Part shown: positions 37,136 to 51,765 of the stretch, in pieces
How the letters are laid out: every line of letters begins with the position of its first letter
Numbering within the stretch: the stretch's first letter is position 1
NCBI GenBank assembly: GCA_951406725.2
Contig: OX597838.1
Location: 28,706,001 to 28,770,000, forward strand
Length of the DNA stretch: 64,000 nt
Direction of reading: 5' to 3'
DNA from: Octopus vulgaris
Lineage: Eukaryota
Notes under the pieces: model-generated
Database searches by the model: none
Told to the model about the DNA's origin: nothing
What the model saw: the letters and a program-made list of their open reading frames with translations, nothing else
Program-made: the position numbers and the translations under genes

Positions 37136-37299
37136 ATATATATATATATTAATCATATATATGTATTCATATATACATATAAAGTAACACATAACTAAGT
37201 TTTAAAAAAAAGACACACTACAGCCGCTAACTTTCGGGGCAGGGAACCACACATACACACTCATATATATGTATTTTTTTTTTTTTTAAGAAAAAAGGC

Positions 37300-37662
37300 A
37301 AGGTCCCGGCAGGTGCTATTTTAATTATCAGGGGGAGGTAAATCCGTCGAGCTCAGGTTATCTTCCCTTTGTTTTAGAGAGGTTTTTAAAAGAAGAACCA
37401 CAACTACTTCACGTTTTTGTCACACACGGAGCGAAACACATTCAAAGACGGGGGTTGTTGTTGTCTCATATTATTATTATTATTATTATTATCATCATTA
37501 CTACATTACTCTCTACGGCGACGACTCCTCCTGTGCTGCTCTGCTGCTCTTGTTTTTTTTTTTTTTTTTACACATTTTTTGTTTGTTTGCAAACCAAAGA
37601 AGAATAGCAAATGTTTCTAGTATTCGAAACATCCAGTTGACTCCAGTTTACATATTCAAACT
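37300..37662 (+). promoter_or_regulatory. Putative promoter/5' UTR of the SZRD1-like gene
   Basis: Unique, locally CpG-enriched sequence directly upstream of the ATG exon. The TSS cannot be determined from sequence. Confidence 0.45.
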
Positions 37663-37716
37663 ATGGCTGACGACGGTGAAGTACTGGATAGTTGGGAGGA
37701 ACTGGATGATAAAGCA
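37663..37716 (+). CDS. SZRD1: SUZ RNA-binding domain protein (SZRD1-like), coding exon 1
   Basis: ACTATGG start; MADDGEVLDSWEELDDKA then donor GCA|GTAAGT (phase 0). Resembles the SZRD1 N-terminus MEDEEVAESWEEAADSG (recalled, not searched). Confidence 0.75.
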
Positions 37717-40153
37717 GTAAGTACCGAAAAAAAAAAGAATCCATCCCCTTCGATTGTTGCCGTTTGCAAGGGGCACAAAGTGAGGGATCCATGATACACT
37801 CTGGCGATCCCCGACTTTGTGTCCTCCATGCTCTACACTTTTGATATATGCCGAACGTAGTTGTGGTGGTGGTGGTGGAGGCGGCGGTGATGTTTCTATT
37901 ACTATTTCTGTTATTGATGATGATGATGATGATGATTGTGGTGGTGGTGGATGCGGCGGTGATGTTATTATTATTATTACTATAGTGTTGTTTGTTGATG
38001 GTGATGGTGAAGGCGGTAGTGAGTGTCTCTAGTTATGTGTCTTGAAAGGGGTTTTCATTTATTATCACCATTAATGTTATTATTATTATTAACACTGTTT
38101 CTTCTTTGTGAACCCTTAATATGTCCAAACCTATTATCCTCCTTTTGTTATTTTTTGTCCTGTTCTGTCTTTGCTTTGACCACATTCTTCTTGCACGTGT
38201 CATACTTAGCGGCTGGCCTACAACCCGTTTCACTTACCAATTCTTATTTATACAACACACAGACAGACCCCACAAAACAATATAACACACATATACACAT
38301 GTATATTGCGATACATGCATGTATATACATATATATAGTATATACATGTATGTATATGCGTACACATAGCATACACATATATGTGTATGTTTATATATAT
38401 ATGTGTAACTACATGTGTGTGTGTGTATGTTTATATAGGTGTATATATAAGGGAGGACCCTAGTATTTAGAGATTCTGTGGAATTTTCCGGTGCCTCATC
38501 GATGTGAGGATATATATATATACGCACATACACATATGTAATAAATGATTGTACATACACATCTTGTATAGATTTAATTTAATCTTCGGTCAGCTGCCTT
38601 CAACTGAAATGTCAGTGAACTGTAGACCTAACTTTATATATTTCTACCTGGATTAATAATACAATTACCGCTTCTACTAATAATGATAAATTTACCTTCA
38701 ACAATCACCTTTTTTTCCATCAGATGTTAACATCTCATCACCTTCGTTTTCCCCCTTAATTCTATAAAAAATATCCACGATAAATATTGTTTCTTAACTC
38801 CCTACGTTGATCCTTTTTTTGTCTTAAAGCTCTAAATATGGAAATATATTCGGTCCGGCCCGTGGGATTTACATTTTGGTTTCTTTCTCTCCTTCTACAT
38901 CTTCTGTCTCTGATGTTCCATCTTTCGGTAAATGGTAACTGTTTAGAATAATCCCTTTTCATTTCACAACCACCTAAAAAGGGGGAGCTTAAAGACTACA
39001 CAAGATGTTCAGAGAAGATGCAATCGGTTTAGATATTCCTTATCTTAAATATTTTTTTTACCTTGTTGGCGTTGTTAACTTTAAGAATTTCCTTACTTCA
39101 ACAAACCTTTTTCCCCCCCAATATTTCCACACCCCAGTCGATCTATTGGACATGTTCTCCGTTCCTGATGAATGAATTAATCTTTCGAAGGGGTTTTCCT
39201 TTTCCTTGTTGTCCTTTTTCTTTCATGACTATAAAAAACATATCGTTATTTTATATTAAAAATAACATTTCATTCCCAAAGACTCGTTTTACTCGGAATA
39301 TAAAAAAATTACTCACACACACATACCCACATATATATATACAGTGTTGAACTATTAAGAGAAAATTACATATATAATTCCTACTAGACGATAATTCATA
39401 CATTTTTATTGTATGTTTAAACTTCATGGGAGATTTTAGCCCCCTAAAAATATGCAAAATTTGTTTTGTGGGGGATATTTAATGTATTTTATTGCGATAG
39501 TTTGTCACGCACTTGACTTAACCAATTATGGCGAAAAGTACTAAAGTAAGCTTGTCGTGAAACATAGCCACTTCCGATGGCGTGATGAGTAAAATTTCCT
39601 TCGATGTCGATGTTGTTTTTAACTGTGGAAATACAGCTTCCAGTTAGATTTCTACATCTTTCTGCCATCCAACTACTGCTGGAGCTTCTACCTCCTCCAC
39701 ATCACTCTTAAATTCGACAAGACATTCGATCGGCCTTTACATGATGATGGCATGTAGTCGCCATGCTGTTTTCGTTTCTCAAACACCACATGTCATTCTT
39801 TGACTCCCGGTGACTCAAGTCTCCGCGACAAAATCCTTGTTTCCAGCCGAAATTCGTGTCAATTTGACATTATCTCGTCCACAATTCAACGATTACCGCT
39901 TTTAATTATCACTTGAACCCACCTTAAACGTTGTTTCTAACAGTCGGGAGTTTCCTAAATGTTTTCGCGTCAATGACTTCTCCCTACAAATAGTTGGAAC
40001 ACTTTGTCTGACAGTCCCAAGTAAACATTTTTTAAAAAATATATAGCGGCCCGCCTTACGTTTTAATTATTTAAGTAAATATATATCATAAACAGTTGTT
40101 ATTCTTAGTAAAGTCTCTGTTTTTCAGTTTTTCTTCGGTATAAACACATTTTT

Positions 40154-40155
<2 letters not shown>

Positions 40156-40199
<44 letters not shown>

Positions 40200-40956
40200 A
40201 TATGTATATATATTCATTATCACACGTATATATATATGTGTATGTATATGTATATATATTCATTATCACACGTATATATATGTATATGTATATATATTCA
40301 TTATCACACGTATATATATATATATATGTGTATGTATATATATTCATTATCACACGTATATATATATGTGTATGTATATATATTCATTATCACACGTATA
40401 TATATATGTGTATGTATATGTATATATATTCATTATCACACGTATATATATATGTGTATGTATATGTATATATATTCATTATCACACGTATATATATATA
40501 CGTGTATGTATATGTATATATATTCATTATCACACGTATATATATATGTGTATGTATATGTATATATATTCATTATCACACGTATATATATATGTGTATG
40601 TATATGTATATATATTCATTATCACACGTATATATATATACGTGTATGTATATGTATATATATTCATTATCACACGTATATATATATATGTGTATGTATA
40701 TATATTCATTATCACACGTATATATATATATATATGTATATGTATATATATTCATTATCACACGTATATATATATATGTATGTATATGTATATATATTCA
40801 TTATCACACGTATATATATATATATATGTGTATGTATATGTATATATATTCATTATCACACGTATATATATATATATATATGTATATGTATATATATTCA
40901 TTATCACACGTATATATATATATATGTGTATGTATATATATTCATTATCACACGTA
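40156..40956. repeat. Minisatellite: 17 copies of ATTCATTATCACACGTA separated by variable TA/TG spacers
   Basis: Counted directly; period roughly 38-52 bp. Confidence 0.92.
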
Positions 40957-42215
40957 AATCGGACGCATAGATAGAGTACAAATAAACCCTGCCAAGATAA
41001 GGTGTACCACTACCTGCTCGTGGGTCACAGAGTTCAAATCCATTATTTGTGTAATCGTTGTTTTTGTTCGATTCTACTTTCACGGCATCGTTTCACCCAC
41101 CGAGTTCTTTGAGGAATACTTCGTACAGATTTCCCCTATCATCATAAAACCACACTTTAAAGTACTTGCATCTAAGGTTCTAAGGATTCTTCAGTACTAA
41201 GAAGACATTCACTGTGTGTGCATGTGTGTGTATGTGTGTGAATTAATCTGTTGGGGGTAACCATTGTAAATGTAGAACCAAACAGTTCTTGCATTGAGGC
41301 GGATAAATAAATTGTTGTTTGGACCCAAGTCAAGTTATGATCAGAGGTGTTCCAACCATGACCAACTCATCTTTTTTTTTTTTAATAATATATCTAGTAC
41401 TGTGTCCATCCCTTTAAACGCCTGTAGAGTGTAATTTGAGAGAATTTGGTTGTTATTTTTAACAGCTCAGACGAACAGATAAAATGTATACGTTTTGTTG
41501 GTGCTATGCTGAGTTGTAAGACAAGATGTTTTGGTTCATCTTACTGTTGTTTATTACTCACTCCATGTCAGCCCAGGGGGGACGTTCACGACTGGAACGT
41601 CTTTGATCATAGATCTGCTTGATCTGGGCTGACATGGAGTGAGTAACAAATCTCAATTCCGTGCAAATTTGTTTTACATCTATGTAAGGTAATGTGGCTT
41701 AGTGGTTAGGGCGTTGGTTTTGTGTTCACAAGGTCGTGGGTTCAATTCTTGGACTCTGTGTGTGTGTTGTGTTATTGAGCAAAGCTCACCATTTCACACT
41801 ATTTCAGTCTACTCAGCTGAAACCGAGGACCATCCTACTACAGAGTCGACCTTCTCTCTCCTTCTAGACGTCACATCCTCTGTGTTCTCCTAGGTCAAAG
41901 ATGGGAGGACCGAGAGAGTGGCTATGTCTTCTCACAAATCTACAGGTACCTAAAATAATTAGCAAACACATGTTAAAAGCCACCATCTCAGGCTTACTTG
42001 TGATTGACAGCCAAGTTTTTTTTAGTGAGGAATCACTTGAGAAAGTTACTCTAATAGGCGCAGGAGTGGATGTGTGGTAAGTAGCTTGCTTACCAACCAC
42101 ATGGTTCCGGGTTCAGTCCCATGGTGTGGCACCTTGGGCAAGTGTCTTCTACTATAGCCTCAGGCTGACCAAAGTCTTGTGAGTGGATTTGGTAGACGGA
42201 AACTGAAAGGCCCGT

Positions 42216-42264
<49 letters not shown>

Positions 42265-42703
42265 ATGACATATTTGTGTGTCTGTGTTTGTCTCCACCAA
42301 CATCACTTGACAACCAATGCTGGTACATTTACGTCCCTGTAACTTAACGGCTCAGCAGAAATGACTGATAGAATAAGTACTAGGCTTACACAGAATAAGT
42401 CCTGGGATTGATTTGCTCGACTAAATGACTAAAGTAGATAAAAGAATAATACAGGGTGTTGATATTAAGTGTTCCTAAGTTGTGAGTATTTTGCTTTCTG
42501 CATGTGGTTGCATCCAGATAGAGCAATATGCATAACTGTAGCCTGATGCAATAAGTAATTTCTTGATTCTCTCATCGAAAATTGTGTAGCTTCTTGATAG
42601 AATTCTGGAATGGTCATGTTTTAGAGACAAATAAGTTTAACCCCTTTTGATACCAACCGACCTGAGACCACTTTGGTTCAGCTATACAAACTTCCTGTTT
42701 TAA

Positions 42704-42922
42704 CCCTTTAGTATTTAAACCGGCCATATCCGGCCAAAATAGTTAATCTGTTTTATGTTCAAACTGACCAGATCCAGGCCCTCACACCTGCCCAACAATG
42801 TTATTCTACATTAAGTAATTACACCATCAAGATCTTGAAGATATGAGATAATGCATGATTAATTCAAATCAATGTGAATCAATAAGCATTATGTTTGATA
42901 GAATAATCTGAACACTAAAGGG
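42704..42922. mobile_element. 219-bp piggyBac-type MITE (near-identical copy at 62460-62678; many relatives in 42600-63140, nested cluster at 43650-44580)
   Basis: TTAA|CCCTTTAG..CTAAAGGG|TTAA termini and TSD. Confidence 0.85.
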
Positions 42923-43183
42923 TTAAAATGATTCAACCCTTTAGCATTTAAACTGACCATGTCTGGCCAAAAGTATTCTGCCTGTTTTATGTTCAAACTG
43001 ACCAGATCTGGTCTCTCAGACCAACCCTACTCTTACTCTTTTACTTGTTTCAGTCATTTGACTGCGGCCATGCTGGAGCACCGCCTTTAATCGAGCAACT
43101 CGACCCCGGGACTTATTCTTTTGTAACGGGGACATAAACACACCAGCATCGGTTGTCAAGCAATGCTAGAGGGACAAACACAA

Positions 43184-43243
<60 letters not shown>

Positions 43244-45303
43244 CAGGCTTCTTTCAGTTTCCGTCTACCAAATCCACTCACAAGGCTTTGGTCGGCTCGA
43301 TGCCCAAGGTGTCATGCAGTGGGACTGAACCCGGAACCATGTGGTTGGTAAGCAAGCTTCTTACCAACCACGCGGCCACTCCTGCGCTGAGAACTGAAGC
43401 CTACATGTCTACAAATTATATCCAAAAATAACGAGAGAATCAGAACTAAATGTTATGCAACAAACATTATTGGTACGGCAGCACTCCTTAAGCTATCCTT
43501 TGTCCTAGAACAAGTACTTAGTGGAGCTTATCCTCACTGATACAACCAAGTGCATGTAAACGGCAAAATAAATGATTCAGGAAGACTCGTTTGATACCAA
43601 ACTGCTTGTGATCATCCCCAATTCTAAGATACAAGCTTCCTTTTTTCAACCTTTTTAGCATTTAACCCTTTAGCATTCAGATTACTCTGGCAAATGTAAA
43701 GCCTGTTTAATTACATTGTTTTAAATTAACTGTACAGCATCTTGTAACTCCGGGATTTTGATGATGTCCCTCTTTATTTTTAGAATGACTTTGTAGGGTA
43801 GGTGTGAGAGGTCAGAGCTGGCTGGTTTGAGAATAAAACAGGAAGACAATTTTGACCTGATATGGCCAGTTTAAACACTAAAGGGTTAAATAACTCTGTT
43901 AAATGTAATCCCTATTTATTCCCATTGTTTTAAATGAATCATGCCTTATCTTGTAGCTTTGACATTTTGATGATGTGCTTGTTTATTTTGAGAATGACAT
44001 TGTAGAGTAAATGCGAGAAGCCGGAATTGGTCAGTTTGAACGCAAAGCAGGAAAATTATTTGGGCTGGAAATGGCCGGTTTAACCCTTTAGTGTTCAGAT
44101 TACTCTGTTAAATGTAATGCTTTTTTATTTAAATTGTTTTGAATTAATCATGCTATTTTTAGACTGTCAGTGTAGGTTTGGTGTGAGAGGCTAGATATGG
44201 CCAGTTTGAATATAAAATATGTAAATATATTGGGCCGGATTTGGCCAGTTTAAACACTAAAGGGTTAAATGCTAAAGAGTTAAAGTAATCTAAATTAAAA
44301 CCTTCCATCAAGATTTCATGTTCGTTAATGTTTCAAAGACCTGCTTAATTAACCCTTTCGTTACAGTATTTATTTTGAGATGCTCTGTGTTTCTTTCAAT
44401 TATTTTAAATATAACAAAGAATTTAGTACAATAACTTAGTTATCGTTAAGCTGGTGTTAGGAACATAAATTGTGACTAAGGTTTGGTGGAATATTTTTAT
44501 TTAAAACTTAAGAAAACAAGACATTTTACCACAGAGCCAGAGCAGGTTTTGGCCGGGTTAGTAACAAAAGGGTTAATGACAGCTACTGTAGTTTGTTTTT
44601 TGAAAATTAATTGAAACAAAGGCATTGCATTTTAATGAAAAATTTCACCAAAATGGTTAATGTTTCAGAAAACTAACAAGTCATACTAAAATATTTTGTC
44701 AGGAGTGGCTGTGTAATAAGTAGCTTGCTAACCAACCACATGGTTCCGGGTTCAGTCCCAATGCAAGTGTCTTTTACTATAGCCCCGGGCCGACCAATGC
44801 CTTGTGAGTGGACTTGGTAGACGGAAACTGAAAGAAGCCTGTCGTATATATGTATATATATATGTATGTGTGTGTCTGTGTTTGTCTCCCTAGCATTGCT
44901 TGACAACCGATGCTGGTGTGTTTACGTCCCCGTCACTTAGCGGTTCGGCAAAAGAGACCGATAGAATAAGTACTGGGCTTACAAAGAATAAGTCCCGGGG
45001 TCGATTTGCTCGACTAAAGGCGGTGCTCCAGCATGGCCGCAGTCAAATGACTGAAACAAGTAAAAGAGTAAAGAGAGAGTAATTTGCATGGGCGAGACAG
45101 AATTTGAGGCTGTTGGATTTTCTATGGCTGGATGCCCTTCCTGTCACTAACCCTCACTCGTTTCCAAGCAAGCTAACACTTCCCCATGACTAGACTTAAC
45201 TCAGAAGATTGGAAATAAAAGACACTGCATGCATGACATTTCTTTATAACTATCACACGATGTCAAGGCATGAGTACACACACACACACACGTGTGTGTG
45301 CAT

Positions 45304-45335
<32 letters not shown>

Positions 45336-46959
45336 GTATAAGGTGGCGAGCTGGCAGAGACGTTAGCACGCCGGGCGAAGTGCTTCGCGGTATTTCGCCC
45401 ATCGCTACGTTCTGCGTTCAAATTCCGCCGTGGTTGACTTTGCCTTTCATCCTTTCGGGGGTCGATAAATTGAGTACCAGTTACGCACTGGGGCTGATGT
45501 AATCGACTTAATCCGTTTGTCTGTACTTGTTTCGCCCCTTCTGGGTAATAAAGAAACATATATATATATATATATGTATGTATGTGTGTGTATGTATCAT
45601 CATTTAATGTCCTCCTTCCATGCTGACAAGGGTTTGGATGATTTGACAGGAGCCTGCACAGTTTTGGCACAGTTTTTACTGCTGGATGCCCTTCCTGATG
45701 CCAACCACCCTGCAGGGTGGGTAGAGTGCTTTTTACGTGGCACCAGCACAAGCGAGGTTAGTTTTGGCATGGTTTTTACAACTGGATGCCCTTCCAAATG
45801 CCAACCACACTCACAGTGTGGACTGGATGCCTTTTAAGTGGCACCAGTAAGTAACCAAGTAACTATGCAAGACAAGATGACAAGCTTCTTTCAGCTTTTT
45901 TCTATCAAAGGTGCTACACAGTGGGACTGAACCCAAAACCATGTGGTTGGGGAGTAACCATCTTACCACATGGCCACTGGCTAATAAACTGAAAGCAAGT
46001 GTTGAATGTCTCCTGAACCATGAGTTTTGGTACAGCCTCTCAGTTTCCATGCAGTTAATCAAAGCCGAGTGGATATTTTAACTGCTATTTCTAAATTTCG
46101 GTATGTGGTAAAGCAAATTTTGCTGAAACCTAATTTTAATTATGCTCATAATTATAAAATTTATATATATATATTCTTTATTTGACTGCAGCCATGCTGG
46201 AGCACAGCCTTAAAGGTTTTTAAGTCTAAATCAACCCCAGGATTTATTCTTTGTAAGTCTAGTACTTATTCTATCATTCCCTTTTACCAAACCGCTAAGT
46301 TATGGGAACATAAACACACCAGCATCAGTTGTCAAGTGATGGTTGGGGTACAAACACAGACACACACACACACACCCGATGCCCATGTTGCAGTTTCCAT
46401 CAACCAAATCCACTTACAAGCCTTTGGTCAGCCTGAAACTAGGGTAGAAAACACTTACCCAAGGTGCCATGCAGTAGAATTGAACCCAGAACCATGTTGT
46501 TGAGAAGCAAGCTTCTTACCACACAGCATCTGGTGAGAGATAGATATTATTTAATAATTCATGTCAGACGTGTTATAAAACATTATTTGGCATTTTCTCA
46601 GCACAGGGAAATGTAGTAGCACATGAAAACGTATTGTGCTTATTAAATAATAGATGTGTGTGTGTTACTGTCTGCTTGTCTTGACATTGTAGGATGTAAA
46701 CGAGCATCACCATCATACAAGCAGTGTCCTTCATTTCTAGTCATCTGTGAAAACGTGTCTGGTCAAGGGGGGAAATATTACTTTTCTTGGAAACAGGTGA
46801 AGGTTGGCGTCAGGAAAGCTTCCAGCCACATAAGACTTGCCTCAACAAATTCCATCCAACTCACGTGAAGCTTGGAGATGTGGACATTAAAATGATGATG
46901 ATGGCACACTGACCACTAACCACTTTATATTTAAAAATCTCTTTTCTCCACTCGTCTAC

Positions 46960-47685
46960 CTATGATCCCACTACACTTGTGTACCCGTAATTAATAAGGG
47001 CACATTGTTTAAAGTTCCTGCCTCTTTTCTGCATATTGTGCACATCCATTTCCCTGATAATAGCAAGGTTGTCTTCTTTCCTACTTATCTTGATGTCTCC
47101 CAATTCTAGATTTTGTTGGGACATTTGGAATTTCTTCTCTAAATCTTTCACTGATCCTGCTATGAGTACAAAATCATTAGCAAACAGGAGTTGCTATAGA
47201 TGGTGGAAGCACTCCGTCGGTTACGACGACGAGGGTTCCGGTTGATCCGAATGAACGGAACAGCCTGCTCGTGAAATTAACGTGTAAGTGTCTGAGCACT
47301 CCACAGACACGTGTACCCTTAACGTAGTTCTCGGAGATATTCAGCGTGACACAGAGAGTGACAAGGCCGGCCCTTTGAAATACAGGTACAACAGAAACAG
47401 GAAGTAAGAGTGAGAGAAAGTTGTGGTGAAAGAGTACAGCAGGGATCACCACCATCCCCTGCCGGAGCCTCGTGGAGCTTTAGGTGTTTTCGCTCAATAA
47501 ACACTCACAACGCCCGGTCTGGGAATCGAAACCGCGATCCTATGACCGCGAGTCCGCTGCCCTAACCACTAGGCCATTGCGCCTCCACTTGTTGCTATAG
47601 ATACCTGGTCATAGGCCAGAGAACTGTAATGAATAGAAATGGGTTGGGAAGAAAGCCTTGGATGATAATTACCTGCACATTTAAC
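46960..47685 (-). mobile_element. Decayed RTE-clade LINE reverse transcriptase fragment, split by a SINE
   Basis: VQVIIIQGFLPNPFLFITVL (QG..SP.LF motif), then QLLFANDFVLIAGSVKDLEKKFQ (YADD motif relic) on the other side of the SINE. Confidence 0.65.
47202..47590 (-). mobile_element. Young tRNA(Arg)-like SINE with a 12-bp TSD
   Basis: Head GGAGGCGCAATGGCCTAGTGGTTAGGGCAGCGGACTCGCGG..GTTTCGATTCCC; GTTGCTATAGAT duplicated at 47190-47201 and 47591-47602; CpGs intact. Confidence 0.88.
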
Positions 47686-50509
47686 ATTTAAACTCACCAT
47701 ATCCAGCCAAAATATTTTCCTTGTTTTGTGTTCAAAGTGACCAGATTCAGCCTTTCCAATCTATCTTACAATGCCATCCTAAGAACTCTCCCTCCCTCTA
47801 TTAATAGGTATCAATACAGCTCTGAGTAGATAGATTAAACGTTTTATCTGTTATGTCACTGAAATAGTTACTATGAAAAAAAAAACATAGTAATGGATTA
47901 AGGGTTACCAAATTACATCCTTCTGAAACTTTGGAGTATGAACAATTCTCTGGTTTACACTAGTATAAAAAAAAATTATATAAGCCGAGCCCTTGACAAA
48001 AATAGAATTAAAACCTCTTAGTTAAACTATGTTAATATAGTGTGACTTGGGGAAGATTTGGCTGCTATTTCTAGCAGGGCAAAGTGACTTCATAGAGGCT
48101 TTCTTGTAGATTTGTCCTTGAGAAGTGCTTGTGCTTGGTTTTGGTTTCATAGCATGAAACAAATAAACAGAAAACAAACCTTTTATTGGGAAGGACACCA
48201 GTTTATTACCCTACTACCCATCCCAGAGAATCTGGGTCACATCATATGGCCTTTGAGTACTTTATTTCTGGTGAGGGGTGATTACTCTTTGTGAAGGTTT
48301 GACAAATGAAAACAAAATTTGCTTGAAATAGGGATGAAGGTCAAAGGTCACTTTCTGCTGTGTGCCTTCTCATCTCTCCTCACTGGTGCTATCCTGTGCC
48401 TTCTCATCTCTCCTCACTGGTGCTATCCTACTTGTTTCTGTTGATGCTATCCTCCTCTCCATGGCACCTCTTTTGGGAGAGAGGGAAGAAGGGATCCTCA
48501 AACTGGTGACTAGGCCTAAATACTTGCAGACACAGTGGGGTTCCGTAAAGGTACCTGATGGGCCAGGTGGTGATGACTCTGTTGACAGGTTAAGTCTGCC
48601 ATCCATGTACCATGGGGTATTTGGACTCTGGATGCAAAGAGCCAGAACAAATACCACCAGGCATTTCATCCCATTTTCTTACATTTCTATCAAGACATTA
48701 TCATGGATACCACCCTTTTAATCCTTTGCTCTGTCAAATGTAATCCTTATTTATTTACATTGTTTTGAATTAATCAGGCATTATCTCATAGCTTTGAAAT
48801 TTCGATGAGTTTATTTATTTTTAGAATGACATTGTAGGGTAGGTGTGAGAGGCTGGATCTAGCCAGTTTGCACATAAAACAGAAACAATACTTTGGCCAG
48901 ATATGGTCAGTTTAAATGCTGAAGAGTTAATCAACCATGGAAAGATGAAAGGCAAAGTTGATCTCAGCAGGATTTGAACTCATAACTAATAGAATTGTAA
49001 CAAATGCCACAAGGCATTCCTATCTAATTCTCTAAAGACTGCTTGTGGAATTATCTTGCTACAACCCCTAAGTCCCATAATACAAGTTCTCCCCTATTAA
49101 TTCTACCAAATGCACTCATCTCTTCTGTGATTCATGTTCTTTAACATGGTATTGATTTAACCTTTTGACATTTAAACTAACCATATCTGGTCCAAATTTT
49201 CTACTTGTTTTATGTACAAACAGGCTGGATCAGGCCTCTCATACCTACCATACAATGTCATTCTAAAAGTCTACAAACACACCATTGAAATCTTGACGTA
49301 CAAGATAATCCACGATTAATTCAAAATGATACTCTCTCTTTACTCTTTTACTCTTTTACTTGTTTCAGTCATTTGACTGTGGCCATGCTGGAGCACCACC
49401 TTTTAGTTGAGTAAATCAACCCCAGGACTTATTCTTTGTAAGCCTAGTACTTATTCTATTGGTCTCTTTTGCCGAACCGCTAAGTTACAGGGACGTAAAC
49501 ACACCAGCATCGGTTGTCAAGCGATGTTGGGGGGGACAAACACAGACACACAAACATGTACACACACACATACACATACATATATATATATACATACGAC
49601 GGGCTTCTTTCAGTTTCCGTTTACCAAATCCACTCACAAGGCTTTGGTCGGCCCGAGGCTATAGTAGAAGACACTTGCCCAAGGTGCCACGCAGTGGGAC
49701 TGAACCCGGAACCATGTAGTTGGTAAACAATCTACTTACCACACAGCCACTCCTGCGCCTAGTCTGAACATAAAAAAAAAACGAGGGAGAATTTTTGACC
49801 TGGATATGGCCAGTCTGAATCCTGAGGGCACCACCAGTCTAGTTCACTGCATGGCTACAGATGATGTTGTGTGTGTGTCTTGTGTTTACATACACTTCTT
49901 TACACTGCACTTGTTAGTGGTGATACCAAAATTATGAAAGATTCTCTACTTATTTAGCTTAACCCTTTAGCATTTAAACTGGCCATATCTGACCCAAATA
50001 TTCTACCTGTTTTAGATTTGAGATTGCTCAGATCTGGCCTTTCATACCTATTTCTTTATTACCTACAAGGGGCTAAACATAGAGGGGACAAACATAGGTA
50101 TTAAGTCGATTACATCGACCCCAGTGCGTAACTGGTACTTAATTTATCGACCCCCGAAAGGCAAAGTCGACCTCGGCGGAATTTGAACTCACAACGTTAC
50201 GGCAGCCGAAATACCGCTAAGCATTTCGCCCGACGTGCTAACGATTCTGCCAGATCGCCGCTTTTCATACCTACCTTACAAAGTCACTCTAAATATAAAC
50301 TGTCTCATCATTGAAATCTCAGTCACTAGATAATGCAGGATTAATTAAAAACTATGAGAATAAATAAAGATTACATGGGTCAGCGTAACCTGAATGCTAA
50401 ATGGTTTACCCTTTTGCATTCAAACTGGCCACATCTAGCCCAGATACTCCACCTGTTTTATGTTTTAACTGGTCAGGTCTGGCCCCTTATGCCTACTCTA
50501 CAATATTAT

Positions 50510-50827
50510 TGGCACGTAAAAAGCACCATCCGTTCGTGTCCGTTGCCAGCCTCGCCTGGCCCCCATGCCAGTGGCACATAAAAAGCAACATCCGATCGTG
50601 GCCGTTTGCCAGCCTCGTCTGGCACCTGTGCAGGTGGCACATAAAAAGCACCCACTACACTCACGGAGTGGTTGGCGTTAGGAAGGGCATCCAGCCATAG
50701 AAACACTGCCAGATTTGACTGGGCCTGATGAAGCCTTCTGGCTTCACAGACCCCAGTAGAACCGTCCAACCCATGCTAGCATGGAAAACGGACGCTAAAC
50801 AATGATGATGATGATCATCATCATCAT
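50510..50827 (+). mobile_element. Interspersed repeat with (GAT)n tail, probably RTE-mobilised (relatives at ~29881-30040, 36180-36467, 45595-45850, 53980-54500, 62150-62450)
   Basis: Shared GGAGTGGTTGGCGTTAGGAAGGGCATCCAGC..CCCATGCTAGCATGGAAA..GATGATGAT. Confidence 0.75.
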
Positions 50828-51174
50828 CAAAATCTCAAAGCTACCAGATAATGCATGATTAATTCAAAACAATGAAAATCAATAAGCATTACATTTGACA
50901 AAGTAATCTGAATTCTAAAGGGTTAAGCTAGCCATATTTGGCCCAAATATTCTGTCTGTTTCATGTTCAAACTGATTAGATTGGCCTCTCACACCTACCT
51001 TATAATGTCATCGCAGGAGTGGCTGTGTGGAAAGTAGCTTGCTAACCAACCACATGGTTCCGGGTTCAGTCCCACTGCGTGGCATCTTGAGCAAGTGTCT
51101 TCTGCTATAGCCCCGAGCCGACCAAAGCCTTGTGAGTGGATTTGGTAGACGGAAACTGAAAGAAGCCTGTCGTG

Positions 51175-51205
<31 letters not shown>

Positions 51206-51599
51206 ATGTGTTTGTGTGTCTGTGTTTGTCCCCCTAGCATTGCTTGACAACCGATGCTTGTGTGTTTATGTCCTTGTAACTTAGCGGTTCAGCAAAAGAG
51301 ACTGATAGAATAAGTACTGGGCTTACAAAAGAATAAGTCCCGGGGTCGATTTGCTCGACTAAAGGCGGTGCTCCAGCATGGCCGCAGTCAAATGACTGAA
51401 ACAAGTAAAAAAAAAAAAAGAGAGAAAAAATCTCATCACTGAATTCTTAAAACCATTAGAAAATGCATGATTAATTCAAAATAATGTAAAACAAATAAGG
51501 ACTACATTTGATAAAGTAATCTGACTGCTAAAGGGTTGAATGTTGTCCTTTGCTATCGCTTCAGTAGGTCAGCAAACTGAGAACATCGGTGGCAGCGTC

Positions 51600-51765
51600 A
51601 GGCGTGAATACTGATCAATATTGATCCAAGACAAAATAGAACTGTTCTAAGACGTTGTCCATGGTATTTCGGTACATAAGCTGTGTGATGTCTGTAGTAT
51701 TGCTTCATCTACTGTTTACGATATTAACAGGACAAAATATTGAGGTTCCGTGCAAACAGTGATTA
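51600..51765 (+). mobile_element. Tigger/pogo (jerky-like) transposase N-terminal HTH relic
   Basis: [34 protein letters not shown], then frameshifted DKILRFRANSD, matching a CENP-B-type psq HTH. Confidence 0.6.

Noticed and set aside
39540-40062. Possible mariner 5' relic on the minus strand
   Set aside because: Only faint similarity, too degraded to support without a search.
35370-40956. CRISPR-like appearance of the 42-bp and 17-mer arrays (also 26520-26892)
   Set aside because: Eukaryotic context, no unique spacers and no cas genes; these are minisatellites.
47515-47588. tRNA-Arg gene
   Set aside because: It is the head of a SINE with body, tail and 12-bp TSD. Other tRNA-like heads in the window are likewise SINEs.
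48370-48669. 99-aa ORF with a signal-peptide-like start (MKCLVVFVLALC)
   Set aside because: It overlaps a decayed repeat also seen near 4190-4240 and a local 29-bp duplication; no recognisable domain.
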